Shown here: piece after piece, positions 38,487 to 51,585 of the stretch
Layout of the letters: every line of letters starts with the position of its first letter
Position numbering within the stretch: position 1 is the first letter of the stretch
Assembly: GCA_951406725.2 (NCBI GenBank)
Contig: OX597816.1
Span: forward strand, 83,204,001 to 83,268,000
Reading direction: 5' to 3'
DNA length: 64,000 nt
DNA from: Octopus vulgaris
Taxonomy: Eukaryota
Notes under the pieces: generated by a model
What the model was told of the DNA's origin: nothing
The model's input: the letters and a program-made list of their open reading frames with translations, nothing else
The model's database searches: none
Translations under genes and position numbers: made by a program

Positions 38487-39160
38487 GAGACCTTGAAGTA
38501 ATTGTTGATAACAATCTAGGCTGGCGGTCCCACGTAAACAACAAAGTTGGCTTGGCCCACAAGATGTGCTCCTGAATTCTGAGAACTTTCCGGTCTAAAT
38601 ATGCCTACAACATCATCCCTCTCTACTTTACTTTTGCCCGACTCCACCTTTGATACTGTTGTTTCCCCATACGAAGCAACTCATTATGAAAGAAGAAGAA
38701 CTCCAGAGGGCAATAACAAGAAAGATAGACGGCAGGAGAGGAGCGCTGCATCATTTGTGTTATGTGGAAAATATTCCATCAATATTGCCCAAATGGTGTT
38801 GGCATCAATTTTAAAATCCATCCAAGACTTGGCCCCCGTGCTATTTGCCCACTACAAAAATCGAACTCGGTACACATAGCTATATTACGTCCCAATTACT
38901 TTACTTCAACTGGTCCAGCTCTCTTTAATACCATATCAAAACGGAAACGGATCCCATAAAATTCAAATGTTCTCTTGATACATTTCTTCAAAAAATCCCG
39001 CCCCACCCAACTTCCTACACCCGGGTTTGTCTCCAACAATAATAAGTCTTTGCTAGAGTGGGTCATGGTGACCCATATATGACTAAAAGACTTTGCCAGG
39101 TGGTGCTATTAAGTAGATATGGCTTGGGCCTATACTGGACGAAACCTATCAAAGTTATCA

Positions 39161-39165
<5 letters not shown>
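38487..39165 (+). mobile_element. LINE family B, 3' portion
   Basis: RDLEVIVDNNLGW; WKIFHQYCPNGVGINFKIHPRLG; CCTATCAAAGTTATCAAA tail. Confidence 0.9.
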
Positions 39166-39222
<57 letters not shown>

Positions 39223-39837
39223 TATATACATATATACATATATATATACACATATATACACACACATATATATATACATACCTACACACATATGTATATA
39301 TATACATCCATACATACATATATATACATACAATCATATACACACACATACACACTCATACGCATATTCAAATTTGTTCCTCAAAATTCTCGATGTGAAA
39401 TCATATTTTAAAATAATGGTGAACTATGGAAGGGACTCTATGCTCCAACTAGCATGCTCTCTGTTTATCTTCCATCTCAGTTTATTATCATTTAATTAAA
39501 TAGAAAGGTAATTAATAAATTAATTATCTGATCGATTAACTTCTATTTTCATAGCTCTTGAAGATATCATTGACAATATACTCCTCATAATCCTCTTCTG
39601 TGCTATTACTATGTGTTCTATGCCCTTTTCTTGGAATTTTGATCATTGGAATGTAGATTAAACCCCCAGAAACGAGTACTGATATGGAGAAGGCAGAAGG
39701 GCTGCATCATCACCGATGGATTAACCGGACCATAGCAGAAGAGCTTGAATAAATAACGTAAATAATTAATTCATTGATTGGAGTTACATATGGAATTGAA
39801 ATGGAGTCTGATACAACGTTGGATGTGATTGGTGGAT

Positions 39838-39872
<35 letters not shown>

Positions 39873-39949
39873 CATATGGGCACACACATGCATACACATA
39901 CGTATTCATGTGTGTGTGTGTATACACGTATGTATTTAGTAATGTCCGG

Positions 39950-41160
39950 AGGAATCTGATCACATTCTTAGAAGATAATTAGATGATTTGCTTCCCCATT
40001 CCCAGCATGGCTTCCACTCAGACGAAGCTACCTTACACTTAATAAGATGCTTCTGCAGAATTATTACTGAATATTGAAACAACTGATGTATCGCTCAATC
40101 AGAGATGTGATAAATCTTGATTTTGCAAATGTCTTTGATAAGATTAATCACAGGACCCATGTCATAAGCTACGAGGACTCAGCATACTTGGACAACTAAG
40201 ATCGTTACATGACTTCATAGAAGACAGAAGCCAGCCTGTGACAGCCAATGGGGCCCTCCCCAAAATTGGGCCGTTACAGTGGAAGATGCTGCTAATATTA
40301 CGAGCTATATTGACGCTAAACTCTAGCACCACCAGTGAAGACTCCTGTCAACGTCATATAAATATGAAATCAACATGAAATTTCTGCCAACACATCGCAA
40401 CAAAAATACTTTGGACCAAAAGAAGCGGCAGTCAGGAAGTCAAACACGTTGCGGGATCTGGGAATTAATATGAGCAACGAAGCTTCGTTTTATGTACTTA
40501 TCATTAAAATGATTGCAATGTGCAGGCTGATGGCTGGATGGATTCTCAGAACTTTCAGAACAAGGGATCAGAAAACTATGCTAGTCCTACGGAGGATGTT
40601 TGTCTAAGCCATCTGGACTACTTCTTTCAACTATGGTCACCCAGCAGTGTCAAATTAATATCGGAACTCGGGGCAGTTCAGCGGCGTTACACCACGAAGA
40701 TTGCATCAACGAAATACTTGAACAACAGGGAGAACTGAAAGAATAACTATTTTATTCTCTGGAGCGAAGACGGGAGACATATGCATTGATATACACGTGG
40801 ACGATCCCAAAAAGAACTGGTATCAAGTCTTGGCATCGAGAGTTGGAAAGTGTTCCAATGACCCAATCCATCCCGTCTAAAGTACGAACTAGGTACTGCA
40901 AAAGCTTGGTATTCAAAGACCCACAACTATTAAATATCTCGTAAAAAAACCTGAGATGTATATAGTATTGGGGAAGGTGTTTTCAAGCGGTACCTAGACA
41001 TTCTGTTGTTCACGATCCCAGATTAGCCTATATCACGGCAAGAAACACATACGAAGGAAGCAGTATTAAACTACCTCCTTCATCAAAAGCCAACCACATG
41101 AGAATAGGCTTCGAAAAAGTGATCATACTAGCAGTGCTGTATTTGGGCTTAAACGTATAT
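39950..41160 (+). mobile_element. Decayed LINE family A RT region
   Basis: VINLDFANVFDKINH; GWILRTFRTRD; LSHLDYFFQLWSPSSVKLI; YSLERRRE. Confidence 0.8.
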
Positions 41161-41198
41161 GGATATGAATACATACATGAATACATACATAGGTACGA

Positions 41199-41783
41199 TC
41201 AAAGTACGATCCTCTTGCTTCGCTAGGCACGTCATCGGGTACTGAATGCTTCTCGAAGATTTTAATCTTGACTATTAAGATCGTATTTTCTCAACTTTTG
41301 AGTATCACTAGGTTAAAGTTACATTAGTTATTTAACACTATATCAAAGTCTACAAGTTTGCACATACGTATTATGAATTTACAATACACACAAACATGCT
41401 ATCGTACTGCCATAAAATATAAATACACACATATTTACAGATACATGTATATCAATGAAATCTGAGATCTAGACATTTCGGTGTATACATGAGTAGCAAA
41501 TTTGATGAAAAGCATTAAGTATTCATACAAAGGAAGAAAGGAAAAAAGAAAGAATGAAAGAAAGGGCTAGGTAGATGAATGAACAAATAAACACACATAA
41601 TACGCAGGAGTGGCTGTGTGGTAAGTAGCTTGCTTACCAACCACTTGGTTCTGGGTTCAGCTCCACTGCGTGCCACCTTGGGCAAGCGTCTACTACTATA
41701 GCTTCTGGTTGATCAAAGCCTTGTGAGTGGATTTAGTAGACGGAAACTGAAAGAAGCCCTTCGTATATATATATATATATAAT

Positions 41784-41826
<43 letters not shown>

Positions 41827-42050
41827 ATGATCGTTTGTGTATATGTTTGTGTGTCTGTGATTGTCAGCCCATCATCTCTTGACAACCGATTTCGGTGTGT
41901 TTACGTCTCCGTAACTTAGCGGTTCGGCCAAAGAGACTGATAGAATAAGTACTAGACTTGCAAAAAATAAGTCCTGGGGTCGATTTGCTCGACTAAAGGC
42001 GCTGCTCCAGCATGGCCGCAGTCAAATGATTGAACCAACCTAAAAGAACA
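41199..42050 (+). repeat. Local segmental duplication, copy 1 (includes SINE A at 41602-42050)
   Basis: Colinear with 48548-49578 across both the non-SINE flank and the SINE junction. Confidence 0.9.
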
Positions 42051-42409
42051 CGTATGTATATATTTTTATGGGGTAATCAATGGAATATAGATCCGTAATA
42101 GTTATGTATACATTTTTTAAGAATGCTTGTAATCAATCAACTTTACGTGGCTATACGCCAAACAATGTGGAAACTGAATTTGCCTTAAGAACACTAGTAT
42201 TTGAAGGTATATAGTTTAAAAATCCAGAATCAACAAAAAAAAAGTACTCCATTTAGTGAGATATAAATATGAATTCAAATACACAACCGAAAAAGCTGCT
42301 CATAGTTTCATGCTATGATGATACTTGAACAAACATATTTACTTCAACAGACATAATTAAAATACGCCATGTATTTTAAAGCAATTTTCGATGCTCTGTT
42401 TATTCATTA

Positions 42410-42784
42410 CTAGCAGTATCGCCCGGCGTTGCTCGGGTTTGTAATGGAAATAACTATAAAGCATTTTTAGAGAGTTATAGCCAAAAAATAGCAAAAAAAT
42501 GGAAAAGAAATTATGGTAAATTTTTTTGAGAGTTAAAAAGGTCGAGTTGCGTTCCCTAGACAGTCTGTGGTTTGTGTTTCTGATTCTCGACCCCATGTCG
42601 AATTTATCGATTCTTTTCAGAACTGGGGGAACTTTTCAAAATTTTCGCTGCGTTAGTTTTGAATTATGACATTGGGCTATGTGTGTGTCAAGTTTCATCA
42701 GAATCGGTTGAAAGCCGTGGTCAGGGTGAGGGTACAACCTGACAGACACACAGACAGACAAACTGCCGTTTATATATATAGAGA
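42410..42784 (-). mobile_element. Non-autonomous Helitron
   Basis: Minus strand starts TC after A and ends CTAG before T; subterminal hairpin CCCGAGCAACGCCGGG; no TSD. Confidence 0.85.
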
Positions 42785-42802
42785 TATATATTTGAAAAAT
42801 GT

Positions 42803-43125
42803 GAAGGCGCGCGGCTTAGTGGTTAGGGCATTCGGCTCACGATCGTAAGGTCGTGAGTTCAATTCACGGCGACGTGTTGTGCCTTTGAGTAAGACACCTT
42901 AATTCACGTTGCTCCAGTCCACTCAGCTGGCAAAAATGAGTAGTACATGTATATCAAAGGGCCAGCTTTGTCACACTCTGTGGCACGCTCAATCTTTCTG
43001 AGAACTACGTTAAGGGCACACTTGTATGTGGAGTGCTCAGTCACTTGCACGTTAATTTCACGAGCAAGCTGTTCCGTTGATCGTATCAGCTGGGACCCTC
43101 GTCGGCGTAACGGACGGAGTGCTCG
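42803..43125 (+). mobile_element. SINE family C, full length
   Basis: GGCGCGCGGCTTAGTGGTTAGGG A box, GAGTTCAATTC B box. Confidence 0.85.
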
Positions 43126-43491
43126 ATACTTTAAAAGACAAGGATACTGGGCAATAAGAAAATAACAAAAAACGTCCAGCCTCCTTGTTTTTAAAATATA
43201 TACTTATAACCCTTGCACTAGCATTACTGACAACACGTCAGCCTATCAGCAATGGTCATGCTGTTCTAACGAGTAGACAACTTCCGTAGAAGATCGTAGA
43301 CTCAAAACGTCAAAGAATCTTCCAATTTTCGTGAGCGTCAAGCTAATACAACTTGTCTGTTGTTCCCTATACACGAGTAAGCACATAAATGCAAAACAAG
43401 GTGGAAGAAAAAGTAGTACTCGAATACCTAAGGTAGAGCAATATACTTTTATTAAAGCTGAAAAATCTTCGTGAAGATCTGATTTTGCAGC

Positions 43492-43611
<120 letters not shown>

Positions 43612-43696
43612 TGTATGTATGTATGTATGTATATGTGTGTGTGTATGTATATATATAATTGTATGTGTATGTATATATATATATATGCATATCTGT

Positions 43697-44002
43697 GAAG
43701 GCGCATGGCTCAGTGGTTAGAGCATCGAATCCCGGACCGGGCTGCGTGTTGTGTTTTTGAGCAAGACACTTTATTTCACGTTGCTCCAGTTCACTCAGCT
43801 GTAGAATTGAGTTGTGACGTCACAGGTGCCAAGCTGTATCGGCCTTTGCATTTCCCTTGGATAATATCGCTGGTGTGGAGAGGGGAAGCTGGTATGCATG
43901 GGTGACTGCTTGTCTACCATAAGCAACCTTGCCCGGACTTGTGCCTCGGAGGGTAACTTTGTAGGTGCAATCCCTTGGTCATTCGTGACCGAAGGGGGTC
44001 TC
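43697..44002 (+). mobile_element. tRNA-derived SINE with a C-like core and a different 3' region
   Basis: GGCGCATGGCTCAGTGGTTAGAG..; TTTCACGTTGCTCCAGTTCACTCAGCTG core. Confidence 0.75.
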
Positions 44003-44019
44003 CAAACTCCGAACTTCGA

Positions 44020-44078
<59 letters not shown>

Positions 44079-44182
44079 ATATCTATCTATCTATCTATCT
44101 ATATATATATATATATATATATACACATGTCTAAAACAGTTGTAGTGAACCTTAAACGATTTGTGTTCTTACTTTATGTGTG

Positions 44183-44221
<39 letters not shown>

Positions 44222-45316
44222 TATGATTTATTGTTGTTATTTCAAGAACACGTTTATGACATGGTTGTGTCTCTAGCAGGAATCCTGAAAGCGATGTACT
44301 CAGCCACGGTTAATGTTCCTCTTGAAAAGTTTAGAGATGAAGACTGTAAAAGCAGATTGGAGGAGGTAGGGAGTGAATACAAGACGGCTCATTTAATCAA
44401 ACTCACTTCCACCGAAGATCTAATTTCAATGTCACCCTAACGTATCGTTTCTTACCTTTCTAACTAGAAAATATCAATTTCACTTATTTTTATGTATTCA
44501 TTTATTTATTTTGTTTTCTTGTTTGTTTGTTTGTTTGTGCTTGTCTTGTGTTAGTTAGACAGTTCAACCGTCAGAAATGGCATGCATACTTGTATTATAT
44601 TTCGAATAAATTTCATTACATATCTAAAGGTGATGGGTAGATGTTCAAGGAGAGTGGGTACATTTTGGGTATGTGTGGGAATGGGGTTGAGGAAAGAATG
44701 ACATTTTCACATTTTACTCTCACCTGTCGGATTTCAGAAAAAAAAAGTAAAAATGCCCAGAATTTATAATTGTATAAAAAAAAGTATCTCCCCGTCACCC
44801 CCAAGGAACAGCACGGCAAGACAAGCAAGACGCAATAGGTTATTAAACGGCGCCAGGTATCGCTTGTAAACATGACTTAGGACCAGGCCACTACGGAAGC
44901 CACCCATAACCACCACCACCCTCACTATCACTATCACTACCACCACTACCACTAACACCGTCACCACTAGCGCTGCCTTCGCCAACAATAATCACGACCA
45001 TCAAAGTCACCACCAAATCTACTCCCACTGTCTCTAACTCGACTGACGCTACTTTCATACTCACAACAAAGCCACCGCTACCGTCACGACCACAAACTCC
45101 ATGACCACCGCCATCCCTCCACCCACCACCAATGTCGCCACCACTATCACGGATATTGTGTCATTCATCTTCATCATCATCTTCACCATCATCTTCATCA
45201 TTATTGACATTAATTTTCGTGCTTTTATTGTTGTATTTAAGTTCGTTAAATAAGGTAGATCTCTTTCACCCTATGTTCTTCTTTATCTCTCCTTGTCCGT
45301 CTGTCTGTCTGTCTGC

Positions 45317-45391
<75 letters not shown>

Positions 45392-45624
45392 GCTCGAACC
45401 GTAACCCCTTTAGAGAAACAATTCACAGAATAAGACAAATTAGGAGACACACGAACATACCTAATTATAAGAACGAACATGTGTGTGTGAGTGTATATTA
45501 GCATGCTAGTGGTTAGGGTGTTTCACTTGAAATCACAAGATCGTGATTTCGATTCCCAGAGCGACATGACTTCATTTCACGCTGCTCCAGTCGCACCCAG
45601 CTGTATGTATGTAACCTTACCACG

Positions 45625-45776
45625 GACAGGCGTTGCTGTGTGGTTAGAAGTTTGCTTCCCAAACATATTGTTCCGAGTTCAGTCCCACCTTGGGCAAGTG
45701 TCTTCTACTATGCCCTCGGTCCGGCCAAAGCCTTGTTAGTGGATTTGGTGGACGGAAACTGAAAGAAGCCCGTCGT
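45625..45776 (+). mobile_element. SINE family A, 5' half
   Basis: Family A head and core. Confidence 0.8.
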
Positions 45777-45777
45777 T

Positions 45778-45843
<66 letters not shown>

Positions 45844-45957
45844 TGTGTATGTATGTATGTATGTATATATGTATGTATATATATATATTTATATATATAT
45901 GTATATATATATATATGTGTGTGTGTATGTATGTATGTATGTATATATGTATGTATA

Positions 45958-46037
<80 letters not shown>

Positions 46038-46520
46038 TGTGTATATATATATATACATACACACATATAGTCTTTCGGTTTGATCACAGAAACTTATTGA
46101 GAGGTATACACCTTGTAAGAATTTCTGATCCTTAAATATAGGAGATCGGTGCACTTCTTACATCTAAGAAGGATGTGTTTGTTTCAGTTATACAGAGCCT
46201 GCACTTGTTGATTAGTTAATGAATGACCGATGGCGAGCAGTATTTTTTGTTTTTGTTTTTAGACGTAAGCACAAGAGTAATACAGTAAAATACAGCCAGC
46301 CATCACTGGCATGATAACATGTTCCGTGGTTTCGTTAATAGTTTTAAGTGCCTATGTAGTCACGAGCAGACATAGACAACCTTTATCTCTTTATCATTGA
46401 CTCAATGATATATGTCAAATATGTGATAGCTAGAGAGAAAGAGGATTGCATCAACACAAGGCTGGTGCTTATTGAAAACTGAGTAGCCTGAAACAACATG
46501 AAAGGAAGTGCCTTACTTAA

Positions 46521-47151
46521 GGGTCATTTATAAATAATCAAGGTAATATAAATAATCAAGGTAATCCTATGCAATACAATAACATGAAAACAAAGTTTGT
46601 AGGTTTTTCCTAATATATATGTAGAAACATAAGACTTTGCTATACGGATTAAGATCCGCATAGCTTGGAAACAAAAACAAAATCAAAATCCATCGTAGAG
46701 CTCATCGATCAAGAGTCAAAATCAAAATCAAAAATCAAAAATACAAAATATATACTCTATCCATATGGTATATTTATATTCGACATTTTAAATTTAGCCG
46801 CGTGCCTACATAAGTTCATTAGCTCACTTCTTTGATTCAAAGAATTATTGTCTTTGAATAAGATGTACATTTTTTCTAATAGACAAAGTCTGCACTTGAA
46901 ATTATTTTTGTAAGCTCCATGCCTGCATGGTGCCGCCCTGTCCAGAATGCTCCATGTCACGTTGAAAGGTGGGGCTTCCTTTTCTTTGAACTTATGTAGG
47001 CACGCTGCTAAATTTAAAATGTCGAATATAAATATACCATATGGATAGAGTATATATATTAGGAAAAACCTACAAACTTTGTTTTCATGTTATTGTATTG
47101 CATAGGATTACCTTGATTATTTATATTACCTTGATTATTTATAAATGACCC
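46521..47151 (-). mobile_element. 5'-truncated Penelope-like element: GIY-YIG C-terminus plus pLTR, with an inverted pLTR copy
   Basis: ORF 46757-46960 WSILDRAAP..CRLCLLEKMYIL..LNQRSELMNLCRH. 46987-47151 is the reverse complement of 46521-46620 joined to 46748-46818. Confidence 0.88.
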
Positions 47152-47985
47152 AAAATAAGATGTTATCTTTTATTTTATATGTCTTTCGTATATATTTTTA
47201 TTAATGCACCCATTTTTAAAAGCAATGTTTTTTTAAAAAAAGCAATGTTGTCAAAATTAGAATGTTTATATAAGTATGTGTATAGCAAAGCATATGTATT
47301 TGTAAGCATGCGTATCTGTGTATGTGTAAGTGAAAGTATGTTTGTGCTTAAGCACACATATACACGATTGTATGTATATGTATCCATTCAAACTTGTGTA
47401 TGTATACTGGTCTCTATATATGCCAATAACACCGTTACACTGCTTGTATACATAATTTTTTCTTATTTCGTTTTTTCCCCACCCCTCCTTCGTTCCTTTT
47501 TCTCTCTCTCCCTTTCTTTCGTTCCCCCTCCTTGCTCAGTATATGAGAATTGCTACATAGATGAATTTTAGCTTGCGTGCGAGACGGTTTGCGTGAATAT
47601 ATGTACACATGCTTTTATGTGTATATTTAGATTTATATTCATACGTCTGTATATGTATGTATGGCGTTTACGCGCATCCTTTTGTGTATGTTGATATATA
47701 TATGTAGATTTTAATATAAATATGTATTGCAGTATTTATAACAGGTTTAATTTCTATGCATTAATTTGCACTGTCTTCATTAACGTCAATAGGTTTTTTC
47801 CTCGGATTTTATAATTTTTATAAGTTTTTATATATATATACATATATTTTTGACCTTTTTGTTTATCGCTCGAAGATTGACCGTTTTTTCTAAAGGGCCA
47901 ATCAAACAAGTCCATTTCTTTTTAAAGGTGTAGCGTTTGTAAGAGTCTAGATTGAATTGATATATCAGTTCCATTCTAACAAAAA

Positions 47986-48023
47986 CTGTCTGATGAACGG
48001 CAACGAGAAACTCAGAGTAACAG
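47986..48023 (+). ncRNA. Minimal type I hammerhead with canonical core, dimer-type stem III
   Basis: CTGT-CTGATGA-A CG GCAA CG A-GAAA-CTC A GAG-TA-ACAG; GUA triplet, predicted cut after 48019; lies between (TA)n tracts. Confidence 0.75.
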
Positions 48024-48055
48024 ATTTTGTTAAATTTTCTGCTGCTTAAAATAAA

Positions 48056-48097
<42 letters not shown>

Positions 48098-48547
48098 CTC
48101 AATAAAAATATAAATATAATTCAGAAGTATAAAAATATACATCCGTAATATTAAAATATTTTCATTATTTCTTAAGAGCTGCCTTTTTACAGATGGCTTT
48201 TTATATTGTTTTACCAACAGGATTTTCTCACCATTGGAATGCACTGTCTTTATGATAATCACAGGTAGCTAGTGTTTTGATGACAGTCACGGTGATCTGA
48301 TATATAATGGTTTCCACAGATGTGTTAAACAATTGATATTTTCGGTCATTGGCATTTGCACCTGTCTCATAAAGACATAACTTTGGAAATTTAATTTGAT
48401 TTAACAGTCAAGGAGTCTACACGTATAGCCATTATGAAATAATTTACAAGTTTCTGAGAAAAATACAAGGTGCATTCTAAGCTTTGAAACTTTTTCAAAT
48501 GAGAGATATTTATTTACTTCAACGAAGTACAGAACTCTTGTCTCCAT

Positions 48548-48818
48548 CAAAGTACGATCCTCTTATTTCAATACACATGAGTTTCCCGGTGGACCTGCTT
48601 CGCCAGGAACATCATCGGGTACTGAATACTTCTTGAAAATTTTAATCTTGACTATTAAGATCGTATTTTCTTAACTTTTGAGTATTATTAGGTTAAAGTT
48701 ACATTAGTTATTTAACACTATATCAAAGTCTACAAGTTTGCACATACGTATTATGAATTCACAACATATGCATACATAGTTACAAGGATCACACGCACAC
48801 ACACAAGCACAACACACA

Positions 48819-48892
<74 letters not shown>

Positions 48893-49250
48893 TGCTATTT
48901 TACAGTCATAAACTATAAGTACACACATATTTACAGATCAATGAAATCTGAGATCTAGAGATTCCGGTGTATACATGAGTAGCAAATTTGATGACAAGCA
49001 TTAAGTATTCATACAAAGAAAGAACAAAAAAAAAAGAAAGAATGAAAGAAAGGGCTAGGTAGATGAATGAACAAATAAACGCACATAATACGCAGGAATG
49101 GCTGTGTGGTAAGTAGCTTGCTTACCATCCACTTGGTTCCGGGATCAGTCCCACTGCGTAGCACCTTGGGCAAGTGTCTACTACTATAGCCTCGGGCCGA
49201 CCAAAGCCTTGTGAGTGGATTTGGTATACGGAAACTGAAAGAAGCCTGTT

Positions 49251-49334
<84 letters not shown>

Positions 49335-49578
49335 TGTGTGTATGTATGTATGTGTGTGTGTGTGTATGTTTGTGTGTCTTTGTTTGTCCCCCCAACATCG
49401 CTTGACAACCGATACTGGTGTATTTACGTCCCCGTAACTTAGCGGTTCGGCTAAAGAGACCGATAGAATAAGTACTATGCTTACAAAGAATAAATCCTGG
49501 GTCAATTTCTTCGACTAAAGGCAGTGCTCCAGCATGGCTGCAGTCAAATGACTGAAACAAGTAAAAGTGTAAAGAGTA
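48548..49578 (+). repeat. Local segmental duplication, copy 2 (includes SINE A at 49090-49578)
   Basis: Colinear with 41199-42050; has an extra (CA)n block at about 48763-48885. Confidence 0.9.
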
Positions 49579-49739
49579 TATAAATAAACATTTGATACCA
49601 TCAACGTCAGGATACCATCGATGACTTTGATGATGATGATATTGCCGTTGCTGCAGCTGATGGTGATCATGATGATGATGATGCGACGACGATGATGATG
49701 ATCTTAATGACTGCGACGATGACAATATACACTCACAAG

Positions 49740-50137
49740 ATAGCGAGCTTTCAGAGACGTTAGCACGCTTGGCGAAATGTTTAGCGGTATTTTGTCTGCC
49801 GTTACGTTCTGAGTTCAAATTCCACCGAGGTCGACTTTGCCTTTCATCCTTTCGGGGTCGATAAATTTAGTACCAGTTACGCACTGGGGTCGATATAATC
49901 GACTTAATCCGTTTGTCTGTCCTTGTTTGTCCTCTCTGTGTTTAGCCCCTTGTGGATAGTAAAGAAATAGGTATTTCGTCTGTCTTTATGTTCTGAGTTT
50001 AAATTCAGCCAAGGTTGACTTTGCTTTCATCCATTCCGGGTCGATAAATTAAGTACCAGTTGCGTACTGGAGTCGATCTAATCGACTGGTCCTCCTCTCC
50101 CAAAATTTCAGGCCTTGTGCCTAGAGTAGAAAAGAAT
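49740..50137 (+). mobile_element. Dimeric SINE B
   Basis: Same two-domain layout as 17025-17411 and 23015-23410. Confidence 0.9.
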
Positions 50138-50647
50138 ATAGACTCACTTACATCCATTATGCCACAATGGAAGTTTGCACGCATGGCTTAAATGTCATAG
50201 ACACACTGGAGTTAGAAAAACAAACCAGTTACATATATCTATACACACACAGACACCCACACACACACATGTACACGCACATGTACTAAAGCAGAAACTT
50301 ATTCATACACAAGCACACAGCAACACGCAAACGAATAAGAAAGTCATATTATCATATAATATATGATATCAAAAAGAGAAAGACTGAATCATTATCTAAT
50401 ACTGTATCTGGCCCTGTTTGCCGCCCAATCACTCGCCTCAGTCCTTCAAACGTAGCAGAGCATGACCTAGCAAATCTTGCTTTTCACGTTCATACCGTAC
50501 CTGTTCACCCCAGCATGTCACTCTCGTCTCCAGGTATATTGTTTCATTTGGGGGTGATATCTCATTATAGACATTGGCCGACATTGGCCGAGAGTGTTAG
50601 CGTGTAATTACGTGTGTGTATGTAAATGTATATATATATTTATATAC

Positions 50648-50689
<42 letters not shown>

Positions 50690-51020
50690 GTGCGCGCGCG
50701 TATGCACACACACATTGCGTGTGTGCATACGCGTATACATTAATGCATATTGTATTAATGTACTCTGGGAGTGGCATTTCGCCAATAAAAGCACGTGTAT
50801 TGATTGTGGTTTAATGTCTTTATAAATAAATAAATGTATAAATAAAGCAATTAATTAATCAAATAATTGATTTGCTAATGTCTTTCACCACCCTACACCA
50901 CATCACACAATGGCAGTCTTCTTTTCTGTTTTTCTATGTATGTATGTAAATATGCATGTACTTGTATATGCCTGGTGTGTTATTGTGTGCGCGCGCGTAT
51001 GTGTATTAGTGTGATGTGCA

Positions 51021-51051
<31 letters not shown>

Positions 51052-51212
51052 ATATATATACTGAGGCATTAGAGTGATGTGTGAGTTTATAGTGATGAAA
51101 GTAATTTAAGGAAAATCTACGTAATCTCCAATTGAATCTCGTACCCATTAATAAAAATATTTCTTTATACCGATACTAACTGTAGAATTTGCAAATCTAT
51201 GCAAATGAAATT

Positions 51213-51585
51213 ACTCTTTACTCTTTTACTTATTTCAGCCATTTGACTGCGGCCAAATCGACTCCAGGACTTATTCTTTGTAAGCCTAGTACTTATTCTA
51301 TCGGTTTCTTTTGCCGAACCACTAACTTACGGGGACGTAAACACACCAGCATCAGTTGTCAAGCGATGTTGCGGGGGACAAACACAGACACACAAACACA
51401 CGCATATATATACATATATACGAGGGATTTCTTTTCAGTTTCCATCTACCAAATCCACTCACAAAGCTTTGGTTGGCTCGAGACCACAGTAGAAGACACT
51501 TGCCCAAGGTGCCACGCAGTTGGACTGAACCCGGAACTATGTGGTTGTTAAGCAAGCTACTTACCACACAGCCACTCCTGTGCCT
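51213..51585 (-). mobile_element. SINE family A
   Basis: CCACACAGCCACTCCTG end on +. Confidence 0.88.

Noticed and set aside
44900-45200. GC-richer stretch with V-, T- and S-rich ORFs
   Set aside because: Decayed (CAC)n and (CAT)n trinucleotide sequence.
48150-48420. Possible GIY-YIG N-terminal relic (TENI..CLT..CGNHYI) on the minus strand
   Set aside because: Needs several frameshifts; not supportable by eye.
49009-49818. Longest ORF in the track (269 aa)
   Set aside because: Chance read-through of SINE B, (CAT)n, SINE A and (CA)n.
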